Below are positions 53,997-63,100 of a DNA stretch of 64,000 nt, piece by piece. The first letter of the stretch is position 1, and each line of letters begins with the position of its first letter. The stretch spans positions 8,644 to 72,643 of the forward strand of contig JBPCJQ010000031.1 in NCBI GenBank assembly GCA_051005135.1, read 5' to 3'. A program made the position numbers and the translations under genes. Under the pieces are notes generated by a model. The model searched no databases and was not told the DNA's origin. It saw only the letters and a list, made by a program, of their open reading frames with translations. Source of the DNA: Acidimicrobiales bacterium (GTDB taxonomy: Bacteria > Actinomycetota > Acidimicrobiia > Acidimicrobiales > AC-14).

Positions 53997-55171
53997 CGTC
54001 GTCTCTCCCGTCGCAGGTCGAACGCCACTTTCACCGCGCCCCGGCGGCCGGCGTTGGCGGCGTGGTCGATGGCGTCACGGTAGCGGTCGAGGGGATAGGT
54101 GGCAGAGACCAGCCGCTCGAGGCTGGCTTCGGCGACCAGATCCTGGGCAAGTGCGAACGTGCGGCTGGGGTGGCCGGCAAGGGTCTCGGTGCCGTAGGCG
54201 TAGGAACCTCGCAGCTCGATCTGGCGTTGCCACAGAGGCGTGAGGTCGACGGCCACGTTGCCCGGCATGCCCAGCATCACAACGGTGCCACCAGGGCGGG
54301 CTACCGCCAGGTCGTCGGCCAGTGAAGCCTGGCTGCCCACGCAGTCGATGACCACGTCGGCTCCGCCGGACAGGCCGTCACCCACGCAGAGCGACGACGT
54401 CGCCCGCCGCACCGCCCGGCGCACCTCCTCGGGCCCGGCCCCTACCACCACGTCGGCGCCCAGCTCGGACGCCAGGCGGCGCTGCTCCGGGTGTTTGGCC
54501 GCCACCATCAAGGTCGACGGCGTGGCGAACCGGCGCAGGGCAGCGACCGTGCACAGCCCCAGAGTGCCGGCTCCGAGCACGAGCACACTGCGCCCGTCGG
54601 CGCCGGCGTTCATCGCCGCATGGGTCGCGCAGGCAGCAGGTTCCACCATCACTGCGGCCTCGTCGGCCATGGTGTCGGGGACGGCGTGGAGCTGGCTCTC
54701 ATGAGCCACCAGGGCCGTCGACCAGCCACCGCCGGTGGCGGCGCAGTACCCGGTCTGCAAGCCGGGCTCTAGGTGCCCGAAGACGATGCGCTCGCAACGG
54801 TCGGTGTGCCCGGCGGCGCACGCCCCGCAGTGTGGGACCACGCCCCGAGCCTCGCAAGCCAGGACCGGTTCGAGCACCACCCGCCTCCCGTCGTCGAGGT
54901 CACCCACCACCTCGTGGCCGGGGACGAAGGGAAAGGACACGATCGGTTCGAAGAAGGGCGACGACTTGCCGTCGACGGTGGCCACGTCGGATCCACAGAT
55001 CCCCGACAGCCGGGGCCGCACCCGATGCCATCCCGGGCCCGGCAGGTCGGGCTCGTCGATGTTGGCGAGGCTCAGCGGTGCTACCCGGCTTCCCAGGCCC
55101 GCCCCCAGCGAGCCAGCCAGGCGGGCGGCGGCGTAGCGGGGAAGCGAGCGTTCGAAGAGCAAGGCCCTCAC
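53993..55171 (-). CDS. zinc-dependent medium-chain alcohol/polyol dehydrogenase
   Basis: GICGSDV, GHE, structural-Zn Cys cluster CGACAAGHTDRC, Rossmann VLVLGAGTLGL. Confidence 0.85.
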   Translation of the reverse strand: MRALLFERSLPRYAAARLAGSLGAGLGSRVAPLSLANIDEPDLPGPGWHRVRPRLSGICGSDVATVDGKSSPFFEPIVSFPFVPGHEVVGDLDDGRRVVLEPVLACEARGVVPHCGACAAGHTDRCERIVFGHLEPGLQTGYCAATGGGWSTALVAHESQLHAVPDTMADEAAVMVEPAACATHAAMNAGADGRSVLVLGAGTLGLCTVAALRRFATPSTLMVAAKHPEQRRLASELGADVVVGAGPEEVRRAVRRATSSLCVGDGLSGGADVVIDCVGSQASLADDLAVARPGGTVVMLGMPGNVAVDLTPLWQRQIELRGSYAYGTETLAGHPSRTFALAQDLVAEASLERLVSATYPLDRYRDAIDHAANAGRRGAVKVAFDLRRERRR

Positions 55172-57504
55172 CGGCCTACCCCTGCCCGCCCTGGCATGAA
55201 CGGTCGGGGCGACAGTGGCAGCAGCGGTCGGGGGGCGCCGGGGGACCTGGTCCAGTGCTCCACGTGCCAGCCGCGTTTGCGGGCTATGGCGGCCAGCTTG
55301 GGCTCGGCGTTGACCGCCACCGGGTGGCCGACGGCCTCGAGCATGGGCAGGTCGCTGGTGGAGTCGGCATAGGCCGACGACTCCGCCAGGGACAGCCCTT
55401 GGCCATGGGCGTACTCCTCGAGCACGAGGGCCCGTGCCTCCCCGGTGGGCGGCACCGTCTCCAGCTCCCCGGTGAGCCGGCCGTTGCGCTCACCCATGCG
55501 GGCGCACACCACGTCGTCGAACAGGGGTCGCAGGGGCTCGATCACGAAGTCGAGGGCGCCAGTGATGAGCAGGGTACGGTGGCCGGCGGCCCGGTGCTCG
55601 CGGATCCGGCGGATGCCGGCGGGGAACGACTTGGTGAGCAAAAGGTCGCTGAAGAGCTCCCACGCGTCGGCCCGCAGCCGGTCGACCGGTGCCCCTTCGT
55701 AGCGACGGTAGAAGTGGCGGAGGAAGTCGCCCCGGTCGCGCCGGTCGAGGGCCAGCAGCCCGGGACCGGCCCGGAGCATGCGGAGGGTGAAGCGGGCTCG
55801 TTCGTCGTCGGCCAGGCGGCGCGTGGCCAGCCACGAGTAGCTGTCCACCACATTGGAGGCGATGAGGGTGTTTTCCAGGTCGAACGCGGCGAGGTGACGG
55901 TCGGGCGAGAGGACGGCCCGCCGTCCCCGGTCGTAGCGGCTGGCGGTGCCCTTGCGGCCGGCCGTGGTGCGCACGCGGGCCTGGTGCACGATCGACGGCA
56001 TGTGCACCTCGAGCACGTAGCGGCGCCAGTCGATGACGCTGGTGTCGAAGCCGAGCTCCTGTCGGTCCGGTGGGTCGAGGCTCTCCCAGAGGGCGGCCAG
56101 GCGGGTGTCGTCGAAGATGGCCTCGGTCTCGGCGTAGGCGCCGTAGAGCTGCACGTAGCCGAGGGCCCGCTCCCCGTCGTCGCGCCGCTCCTCGATACGG
56201 GCGGTGATCTCCGCCCGCTGGCCCCGAATGGGAAGAGCGGTGATCACCTTCTCGGCGGTCCGCAAAGCGGTGACGCCTCGTTGGAGCTGGCGCTGGGCCC
56301 GCCCCCGCCGCGAGAACTGCCAGTCGGGCGTGACGATGGGCTGGCCCCCGGCGTCGTAGAGAGGGTGTTCCCGGTAGTACTCCTGGACCAGTGACACCAG
56401 GCGCCGCAGCTTCAGCGGGTTACGCGAGCCTGTGGCCACGTGGTAGACGAAGTCGTCGGGGTCGTGACCCCGGGCGGCGAGGGTGATGATGGCGGCCACC
56501 ACCATGTCGACCGGGATCACGTCGACCGTGCCCTCCGGGATTCCCGGGAACTCCGACAGCAGGCCGCGGCCGTAGGCGATGATGACCGGCTCGGCCATGC
56601 GAAAGCCGCGGATCCAACCGGGGCTGGGCTCGGCCCACGCCGACTCGATGATGGAGGGGCGCACGATGGTGACAGGCACGTCGCCCTTCACCTCCAGCAC
56701 CGCCCGCTCGGCCAGCGACTTGGTATAGGCGTAGGCGTCGGGCCAGCCCAGGGCCTGGGCCCGAGCCCGGCCGGCGTCGACCAAGCGATCCTCTACCCAC
56801 TGTTCGCGAAGGCGCTCGGCGCGGGCCGCCAGCAATGACGAGCCTGCTGCCCCCACCTCGCTGTGGGCCTGGCGGGTGAACCGCGTCAGGTGATCGGGGC
56901 GGCGGCTGTCGGCATCGGCGTCGGCGCGGGCCCGCAGTGCGGCCTGCACCTCGCCCCTCCAGCTCACGTCGGCGCTGAACGGTGTCTCCGACAGGGGCGC
57001 CTCCAGGGCGCGGCCGCGGCGGTTGCCCGCCACGTAGGCCGTTCCCACCGAGATGAGATGGGCAGTGGAGCCCAGCTCCTTGAGGGTCTCGACCACGCGT
57101 ACCGCGCCCAGCAGGTTGACTTCCACCGCGGCGTCGATGGGCGAGTCGAAGCTCACCCGCGCCGCGGCGTGCACCACCGTGTGGCACCCGGCGACGAGCG
57201 CTTTGCCGTCGTCGTCGAGCCCCAGGCCTTCGGTGGTGACATCGCCGGCCACCACCTTCACGCGCCGAGCGATCTCGGCGTCGAAGCGGTCTCCCCAATC
57301 GGCGCGCAGCCGGGCGAAGGCGTCGTTGGCGAAGATCTCTCGCCGCGCCCGGGCCTGGGGCGTCGACCGCCGGCCGGGACGGACGAGCAGAACCAGCTCG
57401 CACTCGGGGACGCTGCGAAGGAGACGCTCGACCAGGGCCGTGCCCAAAAAGCCCGTCGACCCGGTGACGGCGACGCGCGCGCCGGCCAGTCGGTCACGGA
57501 TCAT
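55168..57504 (-). CDS. fusion of a fatty-acyl/thioester reductase-like SDR (NAD_binding_4 type) and a HAD-IB phosphatase-like domain
   Basis: N-terminus VAVTGSTGFLG...YAYTKSLAE (YxxxK). C-terminus AAFDLENTL...LITGAL...YADSTSDLPML. 778 aa. Confidence 0.8.
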   Translation of the reverse strand: MIRDRLAGARVAVTGSTGFLGTALVERLLRSVPECELVLLVRPGRRSTPQARARREIFANDAFARLRADWGDRFDAEIARRVKVVAGDVTTEGLGLDDDGKALVAGCHTVVHAAARVSFDSPIDAAVEVNLLGAVRVVETLKELGSTAHLISVGTAYVAGNRRGRALEAPLSETPFSADVSWRGEVQAALRARADADADSRRPDHLTRFTRQAHSEVGAAGSSLLAARAERLREQWVEDRLVDAGRARAQALGWPDAYAYTKSLAERAVLEVKGDVPVTIVRPSIIESAWAEPSPGWIRGFRMAEPVIIAYGRGLLSEFPGIPEGTVDVIPVDMVVAAIITLAARGHDPDDFVYHVATGSRNPLKLRRLVSLVQEYYREHPLYDAGGQPIVTPDWQFSRRGRAQRQLQRGVTALRTAEKVITALPIRGQRAEITARIEERRDDGERALGYVQLYGAYAETEAIFDDTRLAALWESLDPPDRQELGFDTSVIDWRRYVLEVHMPSIVHQARVRTTAGRKGTASRYDRGRRAVLSPDRHLAAFDLENTLIASNVVDSYSWLATRRLADDERARFTLRMLRAGPGLLALDRRDRGDFLRHFYRRYEGAPVDRLRADAWELFSDLLLTKSFPAGIRRIREHRAAGHRTLLITGALDFVIEPLRPLFDDVVCARMGERNGRLTGELETVPPTGEARALVLEEYAHGQGLSLAESSAYADSTSDLPMLEAVGHPVAVNAEPKLAAIARKRGWHVEHWTRSPGAPRPLLPLSPRPFMPGRAGVGR

Positions 57505-57532
57505 CGGCTCTTCTCTACCATCATCTGCCCGG

Positions 57533-58546
57533 TCAGGCGCCGATCAGCTCCTCGTAGAGGGCCACGTGGTCGTCGACCATGCGGGCGATGGAGAAGTGCT
57601 CGTCGACGGCGGCGCGGCACTCGGTTCGGTCGAGCGCTGTCACCGAGTGCACCGCCTCGGCCATCTGCTCCTCGGTCTCGCACAACAGACCGGTCCGGCC
57701 ATGCTCCACCACCTCGGGGGCAGCCCCCTCGGGGAACGACAGCACGGGCGTGCCGCATGCCATCGACTCGAGCATCACCAGCCCGAAGGGCTCGTTCCAG
57801 CGGATCGGGAACAGCGTGGCACGGGCCCCACCCAGCAGCTCCACCTTCCTCTCGAACGAGACCTCGCCCAGGTACTCGATGTCGCCGCCCAGATGGGGGG
57901 CGATCTCCCGCTCGAAGAAGAGGTGCTCCCACGGCTCGCGCATCTTGCCGGCCAGCAGCAACGGCACCCCGGCTGCTCGGGCCACCTCGATCGCCCGCTG
58001 AGGCCCCTTGTCGGGGCTCATGCGCCCCAAGAACAGGCAATAGTCTCCGCCCGGCCCGACCGAGAACGCATCGGTGTCGACGGCGTGGTGGATGACTTTG
58101 GTGATGGGGATGTCGGGCGCCTCTCGACCCTGTGCCGCGGAGATGCCGATGAGCGGGAGCCGTGCCGCGAGGCGGCGGTAGATGTCGGCCAGCTCCTCGT
58201 TGAGCGGCCCGTGGATGGTGGTCACGACAGGCAGGTTCGGGTAGCGCTCGCAATACAGCGGCCCGATCATGGAGTGGTCATGTACGACGTCGAAGCCGGA
58301 GACGGCTTCGTAAGCCGCCATCACGTGGCGGATCTCCGGTACCGAGAAACCCATGCGCACTCCCTCGGCCACGGGGAGGAGCCACTGGCGGGGTACCGGG
58401 CAGGTCGAGTCACCGGTGGCGAACAGGAGCACTTCATGGCCGGCCCGGTGCAGCCCGCGGGCCAGGTTGTCGACCGCCTGCTCGATGCCGCCGTAGAGGT
58501 CGGGAGGGATGGGAGCCCAAGGGGGGGCGACGATGCCGATGCGCAT
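57533..58546 (-). CDS. GT4-family glycosyltransferase
   Basis: MRIGIVAPPW.P.PP..YGG.E....L...L...GHEV......E.FG.V..E.MA.G.PV. ATG 58546 inside ORF 57533..58744. Confidence 0.85.
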   Translation of the reverse strand: MRIGIVAPPWAPIPPDLYGGIEQAVDNLARGLHRAGHEVLLFATGDSTCPVPRQWLLPVAEGVRMGFSVPEIRHVMAAYEAVSGFDVVHDHSMIGPLYCERYPNLPVVTTIHGPLNEELADIYRRLAARLPLIGISAAQGREAPDIPITKVIHHAVDTDAFSVGPGGDYCLFLGRMSPDKGPQRAIEVARAAGVPLLLAGKMREPWEHLFFEREIAPHLGGDIEYLGEVSFERKVELLGGARATLFPIRWNEPFGLVMLESMACGTPVLSFPEGAAPEVVEHGRTGLLCETEEQMAEAVHSVTALDRTECRAAVDEHFSIARMVDDHVALYEELIGA

Positions 58547-58605
58547 GGCCAAGGATTGAAGCACGCTCAGGGGCTTGCTGCGGTGCGCCGGCTCTGATAC
58601 GCGGG

Positions 58606-59307
58606 GTGGCGGCAGTGTCGTACCGTAAGGACATGGACGTGCCGCCTCCCTGGGGTCTCGGTGGTGAGTGCCTGGTGGGCATGGTCCGCCACCGGTCGGC
58701 GTCCGACCTGCCGTGCGGCCTGGCCCGGGTGCCAGGCCTGTCACTGGTGGTCGGGGCTCGTTACGACCGATCCCCAGTTGGTCCCTATCTGGAGCTGGCG
58801 GTGGGCGAGCCGGCGCGCTCGGGCGTCCGAGTTGGCATGTGCGTGACGACCATGGTCGTGACCACGGCCGACGCTCGACACGCCGGCCGGTCCAAATGGG
58901 GCATGCCCAAGGTCCTCGGGGACCTCACCTGGGACAACGACGGCGAGACGCGCGTCCTACGCTGGGACGAGCGCGGCCTGGTCTTGCGGGCGACGCCTGT
59001 CGGGCCGCCCCTGCCCATACTCGTGCCCTTCCGCTCGCTGCAGCGCCGTGGCGACGGACTGGTTTCAGCCACCGCCTCTTTGCGGGGTCTGGCCCGCCTG
59101 GCTCGTGTGGACGTCGAGGTGGCTGAAATCGACCCGCTGGCCTGGCTCGAAGGCCGTCACGTCGGTGCCGTCGTGGGCAGCGCCCGGTTGGCGATGGGCG
59201 AAGCCAGCCTCCTCTCCGGGCTACGAACCCCCCGGTGGTCCCAGCGTCCGGCGCCCGATCCTGCACTATTGTCGGGGCCGTCAACCGGGCGATTAGCTCA
59301 GCGGTAG
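58606..59307 (+). CDS. acetoacetate-decarboxylase-family-like protein
   Basis: YDRSPVGPYLELAV and overall beta-rich pattern. Start is GTG 58606 or ATG 58633. The last 21 nt run into the tRNA-Val gene. Confidence 0.5.
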   Translation: MAAVSYRKDMDVPPPWGLGGECLVGMVRHRSASDLPCGLARVPGLSLVVGARYDRSPVGPYLELAVGEPARSGVRVGMCVTTMVVTTADARHAGRSKWGMPKVLGDLTWDNDGETRVLRWDERGLVLRATPVGPPLPILVPFRSLQRRGDGLVSATASLRGLARLARVDVEVAEIDPLAWLEGRHVGAVVGSARLAMGEASLLSGLRTPRWSQRPAPDPALLSGPSTGRLAQR

Positions 59308-59358
59308 AGCGCTGCCTTCACACGGCAGAGGTCGGGGGATCAAAACCCTCATCGCCCA
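59287..59358 (+). tRNA. tRNA-Val (anticodon CAC) with atypical T-loop
   Basis: GGGCGATTAGCTCAGCGGTAGAGCGCTGCCTTCACACGGCAGAGGTCGGGGGATCAAAACCCTCATCGCCCA. Good cloverleaf, but the T-loop is ATCAAAA rather than TTCRANN. Confidence 0.8.
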
Positions 59359-59405
59359 CGACAAAGCACCAGGTCGAAGGGGGTGCGATCCCGACGGCAC
59401 CGGTA

Positions 59406-59436
59406 CTGCACCACCGCTGCACCACGTCTGCACCAC
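59406..59436. repeat. three direct CTGCACCAC repeats at 11-bp spacing between the tRNA and the integrase
   Basis: Copies at 59406-59414, 59417-59425 and 59428-59436. Confidence 0.85.
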
Positions 59437-59441
59437 ATGAG

Positions 59442-60164
59442 CTACAGGTAAAGCTCGACGACAGTGCCCTCGGCAAGGGAGTTGACCGGCGCGAACATCG
59501 CCTCGAGGCGGCCCGTCGTCCGCTCGACCTCGGCGGGAAACAGGTGGCGGTAGCGGTCGAGGACGACTGCGACCGAGGTGTGGCCCGCCCGCGCGGCGAC
59601 CTCGCTCGGGCTGGCACCGGCGGCGGCCCACAGGCTCACTGCACTGTGCCGTAGGTCATGGGGGCGGAGAGGTGCCAGCCCGGCGGCCTGTAGGGCCGGC
59701 CTCCAGAACCGCTGACGCCAGGATCCCGCCCTAAGGGGCCCGCCCGCGGGCCCAGAGAAGACGAGGCCATCCTCGCCAGCCTCTGCGTATTGGGCTAGGT
59801 GCTGTACGAGCTCTTCCGTCACCTGGCGGGGGAGTGGCACTGTCCGTCTGCCAGCGCGAGTCTTCGGGGGTCCGAAGTGCATGTGGCCACGGACCTCGAC
59901 GGCCTGTTCGGCTACGCGCACGCTGCTCCGCAGCGTGTCGAGCCGGCCTCGGCGAAGCCCGGCCATCTCGGACCACCGGAGCCCACCGTAGCTCTTGAGA
60001 AGGACGAAGGCGCGGTAGCGGGGTGCGATCGCAGCGGCCAACTCGGCGATCTCCTCGGGGCTGAGGAAGCGCATCTCTTCTGTCTCGATCTTGGGCAAGG
60101 GCACCTTGTGGCAGGGCGACGCCATCAGGAGCCCGCCGTCGACGGCCGCCTGAAGGACCTTGGT
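59442..60164 (-). mobile_element. tyrosine recombinase (phage-integrase) fragment: end of the core-binding domain plus the full catalytic domain; N-terminus missing
   Basis: ...VLQAAVDGGLLMASPCHKVPLPKIETEEMRFLSPEE...GLRWSE...PKTRAGRRTVPLP...HDLRHS...GHTSVAVVLDRYRHL (R, K, HxxR, H, Y). Adjacent to tRNA-Val. There is no own start; it is read in frame with the RHS ORF. Confidence 0.85.
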
Positions 60165-63100
60165 GGGCCCGGTCGTGGTCTGGGTGTGGCGGTCGGCGCC
60201 GTCATAGGCCATCACCTGGGATCCCAGGGTGGTGGTGTTGCCATGGGCGTCATAGCCCGGGGTTCCCACCGCGGCGTCGCTGGCCGAGGTGAGGCGGTCG
60301 GCGCCGTCGTAGCAGGAGGTGGTGGTGGTGGCGTTGTCGACGACGGTGGTCCGGTTGGAGTTGCGCCCGGCGTTGGCCAGGTAGCCACATCCGCCGGTGT
60401 CGGCGAAGGCGTAGGCCAGGGTGTGGCCCGGCACCCAGGCCGCGGTCAGGCGCCCGGCGGCGTCGTAGGTGAAGTTGGGCCCGGGGTGGGCGTCGGTCCC
60501 GTCGATGGCCTCGTCGATGACACGGCCCGACTGGGAGCGGGTCACGGCGTCGGTGGCCAGTGACCCTCCGCCGCCGGCCGTCCAGGTCAGCCCGCTCAAC
60601 GCCCCGGCGGGGCTCCGGGTGATGGCCGCCAGGGAGCTGGCGTTGGCGTAGGTGGCACTGGCCAGCTCCCCGGCGGAGTCATAGGTGGGGGTTGCCAGGA
60701 CCGGGCCTGCCAGGGGCGATCCCGGGTCGGCGAGGTGCTGGGCGGTGGGGCGCCCGGCGGCGTCGTAGTCGGTGTCGCGTCGCCCGCCGGGGCCGTCGGT
60801 GCTCACCAGGCGCCCGGGTTGGTCGTAGGCCGAGGTGGTGGTCTTGGCCCAGGCATCGGTGTAGGAAGTCGTACGGCCTAACAGGTCGACGCCGGTGGTG
60901 ATGGTGCCGGCGGGGTCCGCGATGGCCGTCACCAGGGGGTTGGCACCCACCGCGTAGTTGTAGCTCACCGTGCGGGCGCCTGCGCCGCCGCCGGCGGGCA
61001 CGCTGCGGGTGAGAACCCGTCCCCGGGCGTCGTAGGTGGCACAGGTCCACGCCTCGGCGTTGAGACGACTGGCCACCACCCGCCCGGCGTCGTCGTAGAC
61101 CGATTCGGCGACCCGGCCCACCGCCGGTCCCGGGCCGTCGGGGTCGGGACCCGTCGTGGTGCGGGGCGCTCCGGCCTGGTTGGCCGAGCCCCCACCGCAG
61201 GGATTGGTGCGAGCCTCGGTAGCGCCGTAGTAGGCGTGGGTGGTGGTGGTGCCCGCCGGGGTGGTGGAGGCGGTGGGGCGCATGAACCGCCCCGCCCCCG
61301 GAGCCTCGTAGGCGTTGGCGGTTACCAGGCCCAGGCCCCCGGGGTCGACGGTGGTGGTCTTGACCAGGCCGTTGGCCAGGCTGTCGTAGTCGACGACGGT
61401 GACCCGGGCAGGTGATCCCGGGGTGGCGTCGTCGGTGGTGGTGCGCACCGGCACCGAGTAGCGGGGGAAGACCTTGGCTGCCGGCAGCGGGGCGTCGGAG
61501 ATCCCCGGCGGTGCCCAACGCAGCTCCAGGCGAGGGGCACTGCCACCCTGGGTGGCGTAGTCGACGCGCAGGCGGTGGCGGCCGGTGGTCGTGTTGGCCA
61601 GAGTCGCGCTGACGGTCGTGGGCACTGGGTGGTCGCCCCCGGCATCGACCACCACCGCGTCGTCGACGAAGAGGCGGGCCGAGCCGGTCAGGACCACGCT
61701 GAAGCCGTAGGTGCCTACTTGGTCGAAGGCGATCTCGCCCACATAGCGCCCCGACCACGCTCCGGCGCCTAGCCCGGGGGCGGGGGGATCGGCGGCGATG
61801 GGGCTGCCAGAAGCGCCCAGGCCCACCGCGTTGTGCCCGCCGGGCAGGCCCGACAGGGTGCGGTTGGCCCAGTAGGTGGCGCCCAGGCCGGTGAGGGCGA
61901 CGCCGGTGGCGGGGTCGGTGTCGAAGGTGGTGGAGGTGTGGGCGGGCGCGGTGGAACACGAGGCGTTGGGACGACGGTCGGCGCCGAAGCAGCCCGCAGG
62001 CGCCGGACCGTAGCTGTCGGTGGGCCGCCCGGTGGGGGTGGTGCGGGTGGCGTCGCCGTCATAGACGGTGGTGGAAACCCGCCCCGCGGCGTCGGTGGCT
62101 GAAGTGCGCCGGTAGCCGGCGTCGTAGGTAGCCGAGGTGGTGCGGGCGGTGGCATCGGTGTCGGTGGTCGAGTACGTGCCGTCGGCGTTGGCCACAAAGG
62201 TGGCTTTGCGGGCGAAGCCGGCGGGCTCGGTGAGCCCGGCCAGGTGCACCCGTGCCTCGGTGCCCGACGGGTACTCATAGGAATGGGCGGGTCTAGGGGC
62301 GGGCAGCAGCGACCCGGCGTTGGGCACCGGCAGGGTGACCGAGGCCACCTTGGGGGCGGGGGAAGCGTCGTAGGCCACCAGCGTCCTCGACGTGTCGTTG
62401 TCGGGAGCAGTGCCCGCCGCCACCGCGTCGGCGGCTCCGGGGTTGCGGATGGTGGTGATGCGACCTGTCGTGTAGGCGAAGTCGGTCACCGCCCCACCGG
62501 GGTCTTCGAAGCGGGCCAGCTGGGCGGCCCGATACCAGACGTTGGTGACGGTGCCGTCCCAGTAGGCCACCTGGCAGAGGGTGTCGGGCGGGGCGGCGGC
62601 GTCCATGCCCGGCGGTGCCGAGGCGGGGCAGGCGTCGCGCCCGGCGTAGCGCAGGGTGATCTGGCGGGCGCCCACCGGGTCGGTGATGGCCACCAGGCGG
62701 CGGGGCTTGGCCGCATCGGTGGAGAACACGTAACCGGGGCTGGACGCCGCCGCGTCGTCGGTGGCGGCACCGGCAAAGGCCAAGGCGCCCCAGGCGTCGA
62801 AGCCGTAGGTCACCCCGTCGGGAGCGTGCAGGCTCAACAACCCGGCTGCGTCGGTGGCCAGGGTCGCGTCCTCACCCGGCGGTGGTGCATATCCCGCGCC
62901 CGTCCAGGTGTAGACGTGGGAGCCCCCCGAGGTGTCGGCCAGGGCCACGAAGCCATCCGAGACCCGGGCCGAGACATAGCCGAGGTGGCCGGGCGACATT
63001 GACCAGCCCTGGGGAAGGGCGGCGTTGTCGCCCGACAGCCACGACGGGGGCACCTCCATGACCTTCTGGGACCCGCCTGGGCCGATGTTGGCGATGACGG

